From Dehalococcoidia bacterium (GTDB lineage Bacteria; Chloroflexota; Dehalococcoidia; Lucifugimonadales; UBA3495), in the NCBI GenBank assembly GCA_963664725.1, contig OY761558.1, forward strand, positions 3,075,361 to 3,139,360: a stretch of DNA of 64,000 nucleotides. The letters run 5' to 3'. Below the pieces are notes generated by a model. That model was given only the letters and a program-made list of their open reading frames with translations. It made no database searches and had not been told where the DNA came from. Below, piece by piece: positions 1-8,705 of this stretch. The position numbers and the translations under genes were made by a program. How positions within the stretch are numbered: position 1 is the stretch's first letter; every line of letters starts with the position of its first letter.

Positions 1-829
1 CCGGCCCCAACCAGGGCGTAACGCACCGGCACATCCCCGACGATTTCAGGGCGTTTTTCCAGAACCGATGCCGGTTAACCCCCCGTCACGCACCCCCACG
101 TCAATCGGGTTTTCGACCGCAAGACCGGAACCAGCCCTTAACTCCAAGTGTTTCCTTTTTACGTCCGGTAGGGAGGTGATTTCCCCCTGTTTCTGCTTTG
201 GGACGACCCACATGAGGACATCGCTACAAAACTCAATCTCCTGTACACCCCCGCGACAGCGGGAAAAACACCGGATGCCGAGAGACCCGTAGGCGTTATC
301 AACATTGATAACCCTCACAGGTAGTTTTCCGCCGCTGTCCTGCTGTCCACACTCTCTGGCGGCAGCGGCAAAGACGCCGATGACCCAAACCGATGAAAGG
401 TGAACGACATGATCCTGAACCGTGAATTCCGGCACCACGCAGAGGCCCAATCACACAACCCGAACGAGAGGATATGCGAGACAAAGCAAGAAACATCAAA
501 CCGGACCGTCCCGGCAACGGCGCCCGGAAATCCGGAACCGCCGGCAGGAACGCGCCGAGGGGAATATCCCCGCAGCACACCGACGCGCAGCGGGAGCAGA
601 TTCAGACGGGGCTGCTCTTCCTGGCCCGCATGATCGCCCGCGCCCACCTTCAGCGTCAGGCAGCGGAGGCCGCGCCGGAACCCCCGCCGGACCCGGATGC
701 TGGCGATTGATGCACCGCCGGAAGCGGCCCCGCGTCCGAAGGATGCGGTACGCCCCCTGCGTTGCCCCGAGATAATCGCATTCGCGGACCGGCAGCGCCC
801 CCGCGCCATACCACAAGACTCGCTCAAAT

Positions 830-851
830 GTAATGCCTCGCGAGGCATTAC
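830..851. repeat. 22-bp perfect palindrome GTAATGCCTCG|CGAGGCATTAC upstream of the replication-relaxation-like gene
   Basis: Read directly from the sequence. The two 11-nt arms are exact reverse complements with no spacer. Confidence 0.9.
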
Positions 852-904
852 GAGCGAACAATTTCTCTTGGACAATGGAGTGTTGGGCCATTGTGACGGG
901 AGGA

Positions 905-3007
905 ATGAGAATGACAACAACTAACACCAACACGCCAATCCCGGAAGACGACGAGTTTTCCAGCGACGACCTCGAAAACGCCATCCGGCACTACGTGCAA
1001 ACCTACGCCGACTGGCGCGGCAGCCATAAGGCGATGGAGCGATTCGGCGTCTCGCGCCAGACCCTCTGGCGGTTCCTGGAACGGGGACACCTGGGCCGCG
1101 CCCTGCCCAAATCCGTCCTGGACAGCGTGGGCAATAGCGTACAGGCCATCGACGCGGCAACCTGGGCCGTCGTGGCCTCGGAGCGCATCAACGCCAATTT
1201 CAACCGTGCCGCCAGGAACCGGCGCCCGGTGGGTCCCGCCCTGCGCCGGGGCCAGGAGGACGCGCTGCTGCAACTGTGCGCCGCGCCGCTGACCACCGTG
1301 AGCGAACTGGCCCGTTTCAACCGGGAACCGCCCACGACCTTGCGTGGCAGGCTGGAAAGATTAACGGAACTGGGCCTGGCTGATTCGGTGTCCCACAGCC
1401 TGGCCGCCCTGGGACCAAAGCCCCAGCGCCGCTACTTTCCCACGACACAGGGCATCCACGCCGCCGCCGCTCTTGAGTCGGGCATCAGGAGTTTCCTGGC
1501 CGACCGGCCGGTGTCCCGCCAGTGGTTCCGGCTGCTCACCGAGCGCCTGGACGCCGTGGCCGTACTCTACCACGTGGCCGCCCTCATCGCCGACGCCGAC
1601 CCGGAGGGAAGCCCCGTCCGGGTGGACCACTACCGCCAGGGACCCTATGACCTGCTGGTTACGTTGTCTCAAGGCCGTTCCGTGGGCATCCTGCGCCAGG
1701 GAGCGACCCTGCCCTCATCCCACCTTCGCTACCGCCTGAGAACCATCGAGAACCTGCCCGCGAGCGAGAGGCCCACGGTTACCCTGGTGATCACCGGCTC
1801 CGACCAGGCCACCCGCCGGGCCGTCCGCACCCTGGGCCACCCGGTGGAGCACGAGAGCTTCTTCGTGGCCACCGAGGGGGAGCAACTGGCCGGGGACCAC
1901 CGGTTCACAGCCTGGCAGCAGTGCGGCCACGGGATGGGGGTGCAGGTGAAGATAGCCCCCCACCTCTCCCTGGAGAACTTCGTCGCCTCCATCGGCTGGC
2001 TGGTGGACAGAGACGCCAGGAACCGCCGTGACCGGACCCCGCCGGACAGGCGCCGGCCCCAACCGGACCCGTATTCCCTCTACCCCACTCACCTGCGGGC
2101 CGCCCTGCCCGACCCAACGGAGCAGGTCAATAGTTCCCTCGCCGTCCAGCTCACCCGCGCCGACAAGGAGGCCCTGGACCTGCTGGCCGCCTGGCCCCTG
2201 TGCACCACGGAGCAACTCGCGGGGCTGATGGGCGGCGTCACCCGCCGACGGGCCAACCAGGTGCTCCGGTCTCTCACAGACCGTTCCCTGGTCCACTCGG
2301 AGAGCCAGCGCCACGTCCTGGCCGACGAGGGGCTGCGCTACCTGGCCCGGAGGGACCGGGCCGCCGTGAGAATCGCCCTGGGCCGCTGGAGCGCCCGCAA
2401 GCGCCGCCGCAGCCGGGGCAGCGCCCCGGTCATAGCCGGCACCTCCCTGCGCAGCCTGGACTCCCAGCTGGCACACCAGGACGCCATCAACACCCTCGCC
2501 GCCGCCCTGAGCGCCGAGGCCGCCCGGTCCAAGGACCATCACCTGCTGGAGCTGCTGCCCACCTACCGTTCCAGCATCGGCTATCGCCACCAGGGCCAGG
2601 ACTACGTGATCCACCCGGACGCCACCTTGTGGATGTCATACCGGGGAGACTGGCGTCCCTATTTCCTGGAGTTCGAGCGCCGCGCCGTCACCCCCAGGCG
2701 GGTCCGCGAACGGCTGAAGAACTACCCCCGCTACCTCGCCAGCGGCTGGGCCGACCTGGACCACGCCGGGCAGCTGCCCCTGGTGCTGTTCGTGTTCGAG
2801 ACCCACGACGCCGAGGAGTCCTTCCTGCGGGCCGCCGGAAAGCACCGGCTGCCCATCTGCACTTCCAACCTGGAAATGATCGCCGACCTTGGCGTGTTGC
2901 GTGAGGTGTGGCGCTGGCCGCCGCCCAATGCCCCGGATCGACTGCCGCTGCACCGGCTGGGCGAGGGCTACAAAAATGTACCTTCCCGTTCCAGGCATTT
3001 CCTGTAG
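905..3007 (+). CDS. Replication-relaxation-like protein with multiple winged-helix modules
   Basis: ORF 833..3007. Its first ATG lies inside a 22-bp perfect palindrome (830-851), so the start is more likely ATG 905 or 911, after GGGAGG. It has repeated wHTH-like segments (e.g. LTRADKEALDLLAAWPLCTTEQLAGLMGGVTRRRANQVLRSLTDRSLV) and a C-terminal core HPDA...YFLEFERRA typical of replication-relaxation family proteins. Confidence 0.5.
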   Translation: MRMTTTNTNTPIPEDDEFSSDDLENAIRHYVQTYADWRGSHKAMERFGVSRQTLWRFLERGHLGRALPKSVLDSVGNSVQAIDAATWAVVASERINANFNRAARNRRPVGPALRRGQEDALLQLCAAPLTTVSELARFNREPPTTLRGRLERLTELGLADSVSHSLAALGPKPQRRYFPTTQGIHAAAALESGIRSFLADRPVSRQWFRLLTERLDAVAVLYHVAALIADADPEGSPVRVDHYRQGPYDLLVTLSQGRSVGILRQGATLPSSHLRYRLRTIENLPASERPTVTLVITGSDQATRRAVRTLGHPVEHESFFVATEGEQLAGDHRFTAWQQCGHGMGVQVKIAPHLSLENFVASIGWLVDRDARNRRDRTPPDRRRPQPDPYSLYPTHLRAALPDPTEQVNSSLAVQLTRADKEALDLLAAWPLCTTEQLAGLMGGVTRRRANQVLRSLTDRSLVHSESQRHVLADEGLRYLARRDRAAVRIALGRWSARKRRRSRGSAPVIAGTSLRSLDSQLAHQDAINTLAAALSAEAARSKDHHLLELLPTYRSSIGYRHQGQDYVIHPDATLWMSYRGDWRPYFLEFERRAVTPRRVRERLKNYPRYLASGWADLDHAGQLPLVLFVFETHDAEESFLRAAGKHRLPICTSNLEMIADLGVLREVWRWPPPNAPDRLPLHRLGEGYKNVPSRSRHFL

Positions 3008-3211
3008 GGGAGCTATGACCAAAGGTGATTTCCGGCGTACCAACCCTGTCAGACCCCCCAGGCCCGGAGCGCGTACATTTTGTTGCAGAAATCCGACCTT
3101 TTGGCAGAGGCAGACCGGCCCCGAGTCCGTGGGCGGAAGAACCGCTGACACGTATGACACATTAGGATTGACCCGTAAATGAGACGTAATGACACAACGG
3201 GAGGTGAGGAC

Positions 3212-3565
3212 ATGAGACTGCTGACCAAGGCGGAAGCCTGCCGGGAGTTGAGGTTGTCCCTGTCAACGCTGAACCGGCGCATCGCCGCCGGGGAGGTGGG
3301 GGTAAGAAGGGAGCCGCGAGGCAGGCGGCACCGGGTGTACGTGATGCTGGACGACGACCTGCCGGTTGCCGCCAAGGACGCCGACTCCGGCGAAACGACG
3401 CTGGTCGTGGCCCAGGAGCGGATACGTGGGATGGAGGAACAGGTGGCATTCCTCCAAGAGCAGCTTGACCTGGAGCAGCAACGCAATACCGAGCTGGTCA
3501 ACGAGTTGGAGGCCGTGACGGTACAGCGAAAGCGCTGCCGCTGGTGGCGGTTCTGGCAATCGTAA
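3212..3565 (+). CDS. Excisionase/MerR-type HTH DNA-binding protein (candidate recombination directionality factor) with a C-terminal coiled coil
   Basis: GGAGGTGA RBS before ATG 3212. N-terminus reads MRLLTKAEACRELRLSLSTLNRRIAAGE (Xis-like HTH). The C-terminal part is heptad-like (EEQVAFLQEQLDLEQQRNTELVNELE). Confidence 0.6.
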   Translation: MRLLTKAEACRELRLSLSTLNRRIAAGEVGVRREPRGRRHRVYVMLDDDLPVAAKDADSGETTLVVAQERIRGMEEQVAFLQEQLDLEQQRNTELVNELEAVTVQRKRCRWWRFWQS

Positions 3566-3711
3566 ACGGGGACGCGCCCCTTGCCGCCGAGTAGCGCTTT
3601 GGCAATCTCCAGGAGCAGCACTGTCCGATAGGAATGGAAGGAGCCAACCGGCGAAGATACTGACGTTTCCCGCTTGCGCATTGGGTATCCGTTGCGATAC
3701 CATAGTGCGGT

Positions 3712-4053
3712 ATGGGTCAAACTCACGATGGCGAGGGAGCGGCAATGGGCAGCAGTGAAGTACAGGCGGCATTTCCGGCCACGTCGGACGAAACGACGGC
3801 TGCCCTGAACCAAGCACTGGAAGCGGGCGACCTGGACCGCATCATGGGCATAATGGGCGAAATGACCCGCGCCCACCGGATGCGACGAGTTGCCCGGGAG
3901 ACGGGCTTGGGCGAGAAGAGTTTGTACAAGTCCATGCGGGCCGGAGCCAGCCCCGAGTTCAACACCGTGCTCCGGGTCCTGCGCTCCCTGGGTTTCCGCC
4001 TCCAGGTCCACCCCATTGCCGGTCAGACCGACATTTCCTCAGACCCTAGCTGA
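3712..4053 (+). CDS. HigA-family addiction-module antidote protein (TIGR02684-like)
   Basis: Motif block ARETGLGEKSLYKSMRAGASPEFNTVLRVLRSLGFRLQV is typical of the 'probable addiction module antidote protein' family. An alternative start is ATG 3745, after GAGGGAG. Confidence 0.7.
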   Translation: MGQTHDGEGAAMGSSEVQAAFPATSDETTAALNQALEAGDLDRIMGIMGEMTRAHRMRRVARETGLGEKSLYKSMRAGASPEFNTVLRVLRSLGFRLQVHPIAGQTDISSDPS

Positions 4054-4146
4054 GGGAGGACTTATACCGTAAAAAGAGCCATATGCAGGCGGACCCCCGA
4101 CACTTTACAAGTGAGGCTATTGTGGCCAGAGGGAGAGGGAGCAGCC

Positions 4147-4701
4147 ATGGATGGGAAACTGATGTCCATCATTGAAATTGCTGATGCTTACGGCAAGAGG
4201 AGGCAAAGCATCCATAAGCTCGTGAAGCAGCTTGAAATCGAAGTAGTCAAGAGGAAAAGCCACAACGCTCACGGGCAATTCATCTCTTTCATTTCAGCTG
4301 GTGACTACGAAAAATTGAAAGGGCGATTAGAGGGGCCTGACAGCCTTATTGCCGATACGCGTGAAGATTGGCCTGGCGTGTTCTACGTCGTCCAACTGGA
4401 ACCGCAGTTTGACCCGGGGCGCTTCAAAGTTGGCTTTACGACTGATCTTGCAGAACGAATTAGGAGTCACCGCACGTCTGCTCCGTATGCTAACCCTATA
4501 ACGACATTTCCCTGTAAGCTCTTATGGGAAAAGACAGCAATTGAATGTATAACCCAAAGTTGCGAACAACTCCACACTGAAGTCTTCAGAACAGACAACA
4601 TTGAGGAAATCATTGGCCTAGCAGAGCGATTCTTTGACTTGATGCCTGACATAGCAAATGGTAGAAACAACAACTCAGCGATAACGTTCGTGGGAACGTA
4701 A
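4147..4701 (+). CDS. GIY-YIG superfamily (T5orf172/MUG113-type) domain protein with an N-terminal HTH
   Basis: GVFYVVQLEPQFDPGRFKVGFTTDLAERIRSHRTSAP matches the T5orf172-type GIY-YIG core. N-terminal HTH-like segment: MSIIEIADAYGKRRQSIHKLVKQL. The gene is clearly AT-richer than its neighbours. RBS GGGAGAGGGAG precedes ATG 4147. Confidence 0.6.
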   Translation: MDGKLMSIIEIADAYGKRRQSIHKLVKQLEIEVVKRKSHNAHGQFISFISAGDYEKLKGRLEGPDSLIADTREDWPGVFYVVQLEPQFDPGRFKVGFTTDLAERIRSHRTSAPYANPITTFPCKLLWEKTAIECITQSCEQLHTEVFRTDNIEEIIGLAERFFDLMPDIANGRNNNSAITFVGT

Positions 4702-4718
4702 TAGTGCAGGAGGACTAC

Positions 4719-6311
4719 ATGACAAGACAACTGCAACCCCTGACCCCGGCGGCCCTCTACGCCCGGGTGTCCAGCGACCGCCAGGACGTGGACCTCTCCG
4801 TGGCAGCCCAGCTACGTGCCCTGCGGGACTACGCCAAGAGCAACGGCTACTCCGTGGCCAGGGAGTACGTGGACGAGGCCGAGAGCGGCAGAATCGCCGA
4901 CCGGCCCCAGTTCCGCCAGATGATCGACGAGGGCGGCAAGGCCGCGGCTCCTTTCCAGGTGATTTTGGTATGGAAATTCAGCCGCTTCACCCGCAAGCGG
5001 GAACATGCCGTGGCCTTCAAGTCCATGCTGAGGCGCAAGGGCATCAGGGTGGTCTCCATCACCGAGCACGCCGACGACTCCCCCACCGGCAAGCTGATGG
5101 AGGCCATCATCGAGTCCGTGGACGAATTTTATAGCGAAAATTTAGCTCAAGAGGTCGTAAGAGGAATGCGGGAGGCCGCCTCTCGCGGCTATTTCCTTGC
5201 CTCCAAGGCCCCCTTCGGCTACACCCGCATCAAGGTCAGCGACGGGGTGAAGGACCGTCCCACCCTGGAGGTTGACCAGGCGGCCGCGCCCATCGTCAGG
5301 GAAATTTTCGAGAGTTCCCGCCGGGGCAACGGGCTGGCGGAAATCTGCAAGGAGCTGAACGGCCAGGGCATCACCAACCGGGGCAAACGCTGGCAGAAGA
5401 ACGTCATCCACTACCTGCTGACCAACGAGGCATACACGGGGACGGCCGTCTGGGGAGTCAAGAGCAAGGACGAGAAGGCGGGAGAGCCGGTGAGGGTGGA
5501 GAACGCCTGGCCCGCCCTGGTGTCGAGGGAGCTGTTTGACGAGGTTCAACAGGGACTCCACCAGCGGGCGCCCACGGTGCAGCGGCCGGGTCGAGTTGGC
5601 AGCCAGTACTTGCTGAGCGGTCTCCTCCGCTGTGGGGTGTGCGGCAAGCCCTACTCGGCCCAGGGGGCCAAGAGCGGCCAGTTCGCCTACTACGTCTGCG
5701 CCAGCCTGTTCCGCGAGGGAGCGGGGGCGTGCAGCAACGGGCGCTACCTGAACGCCACGAAAGTCGAGGACCTGGTGATCGAGAAGGTCAGGGAGCGGAT
5801 ACTCACCGAGGAGACCATCACCGAGTTGGTGACACTGGTGGCCGAGGAGATCGACAACCTGGCCGGGGAGGTCAACGGACGGCTGACGGCCATCAACAGC
5901 GAGCTATCCGACGTGGAGACGCGGTTGGAGAACCTCTACCAGGCCCTGGAGACGAAGCAACTGCCCATAGAGGTGATCTCTCCCCGTATCCTGTCCCTGA
6001 AGAGCCGCCAGGACCAGCTTGTGGCAGCGCGGGAGGGGGCCGAGGCCCAGTTGGAGCAGCGTCGGGCGGAGTTGCCCACCAGCAGGGAGGTCAAGGGGTA
6101 CGTGGCTGACTTCCGCGCACTCTTCCAGGAAGGGACGTTCCCGGAGCGGAAGGCGCTCATCCGCAACTTCGTGCAGGGCATCGAGATCGTGGAGGACGAG
6201 GCGGTTCTGACGTACACTATCCCCATGCCCCAAGACGGGGTGACGTCGGAATCGGCCTCGGTTCTTGATTTTGTCCAGTCCGGCCCACCATCATATAATC
6301 CCCACTTGTAA
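4719..6311 (+). CDS. Large serine recombinase (integrase)
   Basis: Resolvase catalytic N-terminus (LYARVSSDRQ...), a recombinase domain, a zinc ribbon (CGVCGKPY...YYVC) and a long coiled coil. AGGAGGA RBS precedes ATG 4719. Confidence 0.9.
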   Translation: MTRQLQPLTPAALYARVSSDRQDVDLSVAAQLRALRDYAKSNGYSVAREYVDEAESGRIADRPQFRQMIDEGGKAAAPFQVILVWKFSRFTRKREHAVAFKSMLRRKGIRVVSITEHADDSPTGKLMEAIIESVDEFYSENLAQEVVRGMREAASRGYFLASKAPFGYTRIKVSDGVKDRPTLEVDQAAAPIVREIFESSRRGNGLAEICKELNGQGITNRGKRWQKNVIHYLLTNEAYTGTAVWGVKSKDEKAGEPVRVENAWPALVSRELFDEVQQGLHQRAPTVQRPGRVGSQYLLSGLLRCGVCGKPYSAQGAKSGQFAYYVCASLFREGAGACSNGRYLNATKVEDLVIEKVRERILTEETITELVTLVAEEIDNLAGEVNGRLTAINSELSDVETRLENLYQALETKQLPIEVISPRILSLKSRQDQLVAAREGAEAQLEQRRAELPTSREVKGYVADFRALFQEGTFPERKALIRNFVQGIEIVEDEAVLTYTIPMPQDGVTSESASVLDFVQSGPPSYNPHL

Positions 6312-6350
6312 TCATTTCAGCGCCACCCGGCGCCTTAGGGAGTGACGACA

Positions 6351-6821
6351 ATGCCGGAAAAGAAGCCCAGGAGCAACGCCAGGATGAAGGAGAGGCCGCC
6401 CCTGCCGGTGAACGAAAACGGGGTGGTGATGCTGTCCGGCGGCAACCCCCAGATAGCCAAGGGCGACGGCGACGGGCCGGTGCAGATGTACATCGCCAAC
6501 ATGCCCGAGTGGAAGAGGGACGTGGGCCGCCAGCTAGATGACCTGATCGTCCGCACGGTGCCCAACGTGCAGAAGGCGGTGCGGTGGAACTCACCCTTCT
6601 ACGGCGTGGAGGGCCAGGGGTGGTTCATCAGCTACCACGTCTTCGCCCGATACGTGAAGGTAACCTTCCTCAAAGGCAAATCCCTGGACCCAATGCCCCC
6701 CATAGACTCTAAGGACCCCGACGCCCGCTACTACCACATCTTTGAGGATGGTATGGACGAGGGGCAGATGGAGGAATGGGTGCGCCAGGCGGCGGAGATG
6801 CCGGGGTGGGATGGGTTTTAG
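6351..6821 (+). CDS. DUF1801 (YdhG-like) domain protein
   Basis: Pattern WKRDVGRQLDDLIVRTVPNVQKAVRWNSPFYGVEGQGWFISYHVFARYVKVTF is typical of DUF1801 proteins. Confidence 0.7.
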   Translation: MPEKKPRSNARMKERPPLPVNENGVVMLSGGNPQIAKGDGDGPVQMYIANMPEWKRDVGRQLDDLIVRTVPNVQKAVRWNSPFYGVEGQGWFISYHVFARYVKVTFLKGKSLDPMPPIDSKDPDARYYHIFEDGMDEGQMEEWVRQAAEMPGWDGF

Positions 6822-7209
6822 GGGGCTATGTTACATGGTGAGGTTCAGTGAAAAGCTAGTCGCAAGCCTAGGACAGCACTGAAACGCCTCCCGATTGAAT
6901 GATCTGGGAGAGAACTTGCTAAGGGGACATGATTAGCTTATGGCCTAAATTGGTTTCCCTATTCGGAATAATCTAACCACCTGAGGTGTGTTGACACTGT
7001 AAGGGATTTTCTCGCGTTCTCCTGAATTCTATGGTCTAGCCTTATGCATTCGGAAAGGAAATGACACTAGCAAGAGGCAAATGCGATTGAACCTAGTTTG
7101 CGAGGTCAGCGAACTCACTCGAATTGAAGTCTAAGGCGACAGCAGACTACGGTGAAGAGTTTCTATCTTTGATTCAATAGCTTTGCCCTTTCTCATCTTG
7201 GGGAGACAA

Positions 7210-8166
7210 ATGGATAAACAGCTTTTCTCAAGATTCGGCTGGCCATCCGCGGTAGCCGCCATCTTGGTTGCTTGTATATTACTCTCTATTCGCTTTTGGG
7301 AGTGGTTGAGTCGTACAGAACAGGCAACTGTGACTAATGGTGAAACACTTCGTAATGTAGGGCTTCTGGTTGGAGGTTTGCTTGCCCTGTTGTTTGCATT
7401 ATGGCGTGCCCAAGTAGCCTCAAGGCAAGCAGCAGCAGCCATTCTTCAGGCAGAAACAGCCCATCAGGCAATGCTAAATGACAGCTATCAGAACGCTACT
7501 GAGATGCTTGGCAGCCCTGTCTTAAGTGTCCGTTTAGGCGGCATACATGCCTTGCAAGATATAGCCGTGCTGGATCCCCATCAGTTTCATGTGAAAGTGA
7601 TGAAGCAACTATGCGCTTACGTGCGACATCCGCCAGAATTTGAAGGGCAGCCCGTTGTACATAATGACGTTATCGATTTAGGATTTGCTTACGGGGTTAC
7701 TAACGCAGCAGATTTTGCAGCTGCTGGGTCCATTGAGATAGAAACTGTTCGAGAAGACATTCACACCGCTGTTGACTCCCTCACCTTTTGTCATGGCCTG
7801 AATGTTCAAATTGAAAGTCAGAACAATTTCTGTATTGACCTTCATAATGCAGATCTCCGGGGTATTGACTTGTCGGGCAAAGACTTGTCCAGGGCTCCTG
7901 AACCTCCAACAGCGACACCATACAGTTATGAAATGGTGCGGTCCTTTTGGACCGATTTACGTGGGGCTAATCTACGCTATACATTTCTAAAAGACACCAA
8001 CCTATCTCGAACGGACCTTTCGGGGGCAGTGGGGCTAACTCAATCCATCCTGAACGATGTTTTCGCGACTTCAGATAGGCCACCTAGGTTGGAGGGCACC
8101 TTCGATTCTGAATCTGGTCAAGCATTGGTCTGGCAAAATGGGCAAGGTGGCAACAATGAGCCTTAG
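7210..8166 (+). CDS. Membrane-anchored pentapeptide-repeat protein
   Basis: Two N-terminal hydrophobic helices. The C-terminal part has pentapeptide repeats (NADLRGIDLSGKDLS...DLRGANLRYTFLKDTNLSRTDLSGA). It lies in an AT-rich islet. GGGGAG RBS precedes ATG 7210. Confidence 0.75.
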   Translation: MDKQLFSRFGWPSAVAAILVACILLSIRFWEWLSRTEQATVTNGETLRNVGLLVGGLLALLFALWRAQVASRQAAAAILQAETAHQAMLNDSYQNATEMLGSPVLSVRLGGIHALQDIAVLDPHQFHVKVMKQLCAYVRHPPEFEGQPVVHNDVIDLGFAYGVTNAADFAAAGSIEIETVREDIHTAVDSLTFCHGLNVQIESQNNFCIDLHNADLRGIDLSGKDLSRAPEPPTATPYSYEMVRSFWTDLRGANLRYTFLKDTNLSRTDLSGAVGLTQSILNDVFATSDRPPRLEGTFDSESGQALVWQNGQGGNNEP

Positions 8167-8419
8167 CTATTGACCTGGCCTTGCATTTCTTGCATTGCTA
8201 AGATAAAAACATAAGTGTACCCGGTTTCTGAATCGCACTGCCGGCCGGTACATATCGGCGACCGCAAGCCTGAATGGCGCCTAGTGACTTTCGATATACC
8301 CGTCGCCCAAGGTCGTTATCTAATTTCGCCTTTGGTTCTTTCTGTGCCGAGGTCATGAGAAAGCAGTTACCTTAGGGTAACCAGCATTAAATGGTCTTTA
8401 GGAGCGCGAATTGTAAGAA

Positions 8420-8665
8420 TGGTCTTTCAAAGAAGTAAGAGCCAACTTAGAGGAAGTAGTAAATGCTGCCTTGGCAGGCAATTCCCAACTGATAATTTGT
8501 CAGGAACAGGGAAATGTTGTCGTAATCTCGGCGGTTGAATATGACCGACTTCGCCAGATCGAGGATTCTTACGTACTAACCTTCAGTGGATTATTGCTTG
8601 AAATTCCCCAAGAGGACCAGGAATTCGACGGGCCAAGCATCACGCCTAGGGCCCTAGGCGATTAA
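8420..8665 (+). pseudogene. Phd/YefM-family antitoxin remnant with no intact start and no partner toxin
   Basis: The frame reads WSFKEVRANLEEVVNAALAGNSQLIICQEQGNVVVISAVEYDRLRQIED, a Phd/YefM core. A TAA at 8414-8416 sits two codons upstream of that tryptophan in the same frame, with no start codon in between. The first usable start is TTG 8471, inside the conserved domain. No toxin ORF follows. Confidence 0.5.
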
Positions 8666-8705
8666 GACTCTCCCAGATTTTCTAACCCTTCAGGAGGGAA
8701 GAACT

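Larger units (their letters stand above)
1..6311 (+). mobile_element. Terminal portion of an integrative element (prophage/IME-like) ending with a large serine recombinase. The left boundary lies outside the window and att sites were not identified.
   Basis: A co-directional run of replication-relaxation-like, Xis-like HTH, HigA-like and GIY-YIG genes plus a large serine recombinase. The recombinase is the last gene before unrelated housekeeping-type genes. Confidence 0.5.

Noticed and set aside
46-450. 134-aa minus-strand ORF at the left edge of the window, and the other ORFs within 1-830.
   Set aside because: The composition is less extreme than that of neighbouring shadow ORFs, so it might be real. 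I could not find a motif, an RBS or a family, and several overlapping ORFs compete for the same DNA. It is left unannotated rather than guessed.
1715-2614. Long antisense or alternative-frame ORFs inside well-supported genes. Examples are 1715..2614, 9568..10506, 16684..17904, 24228..25526, 29557..30606, 41656..42630, 54895..55884, 58820..59722, 59768..60817 and 61584..62681.
   Set aside because: Each is fully overlapped by a CDS with clear family motifs on the other strand or frame. Their translations are Arg/Gly/Pro/Ala/His-rich, as expected for shadow ORFs in GC-rich DNA.
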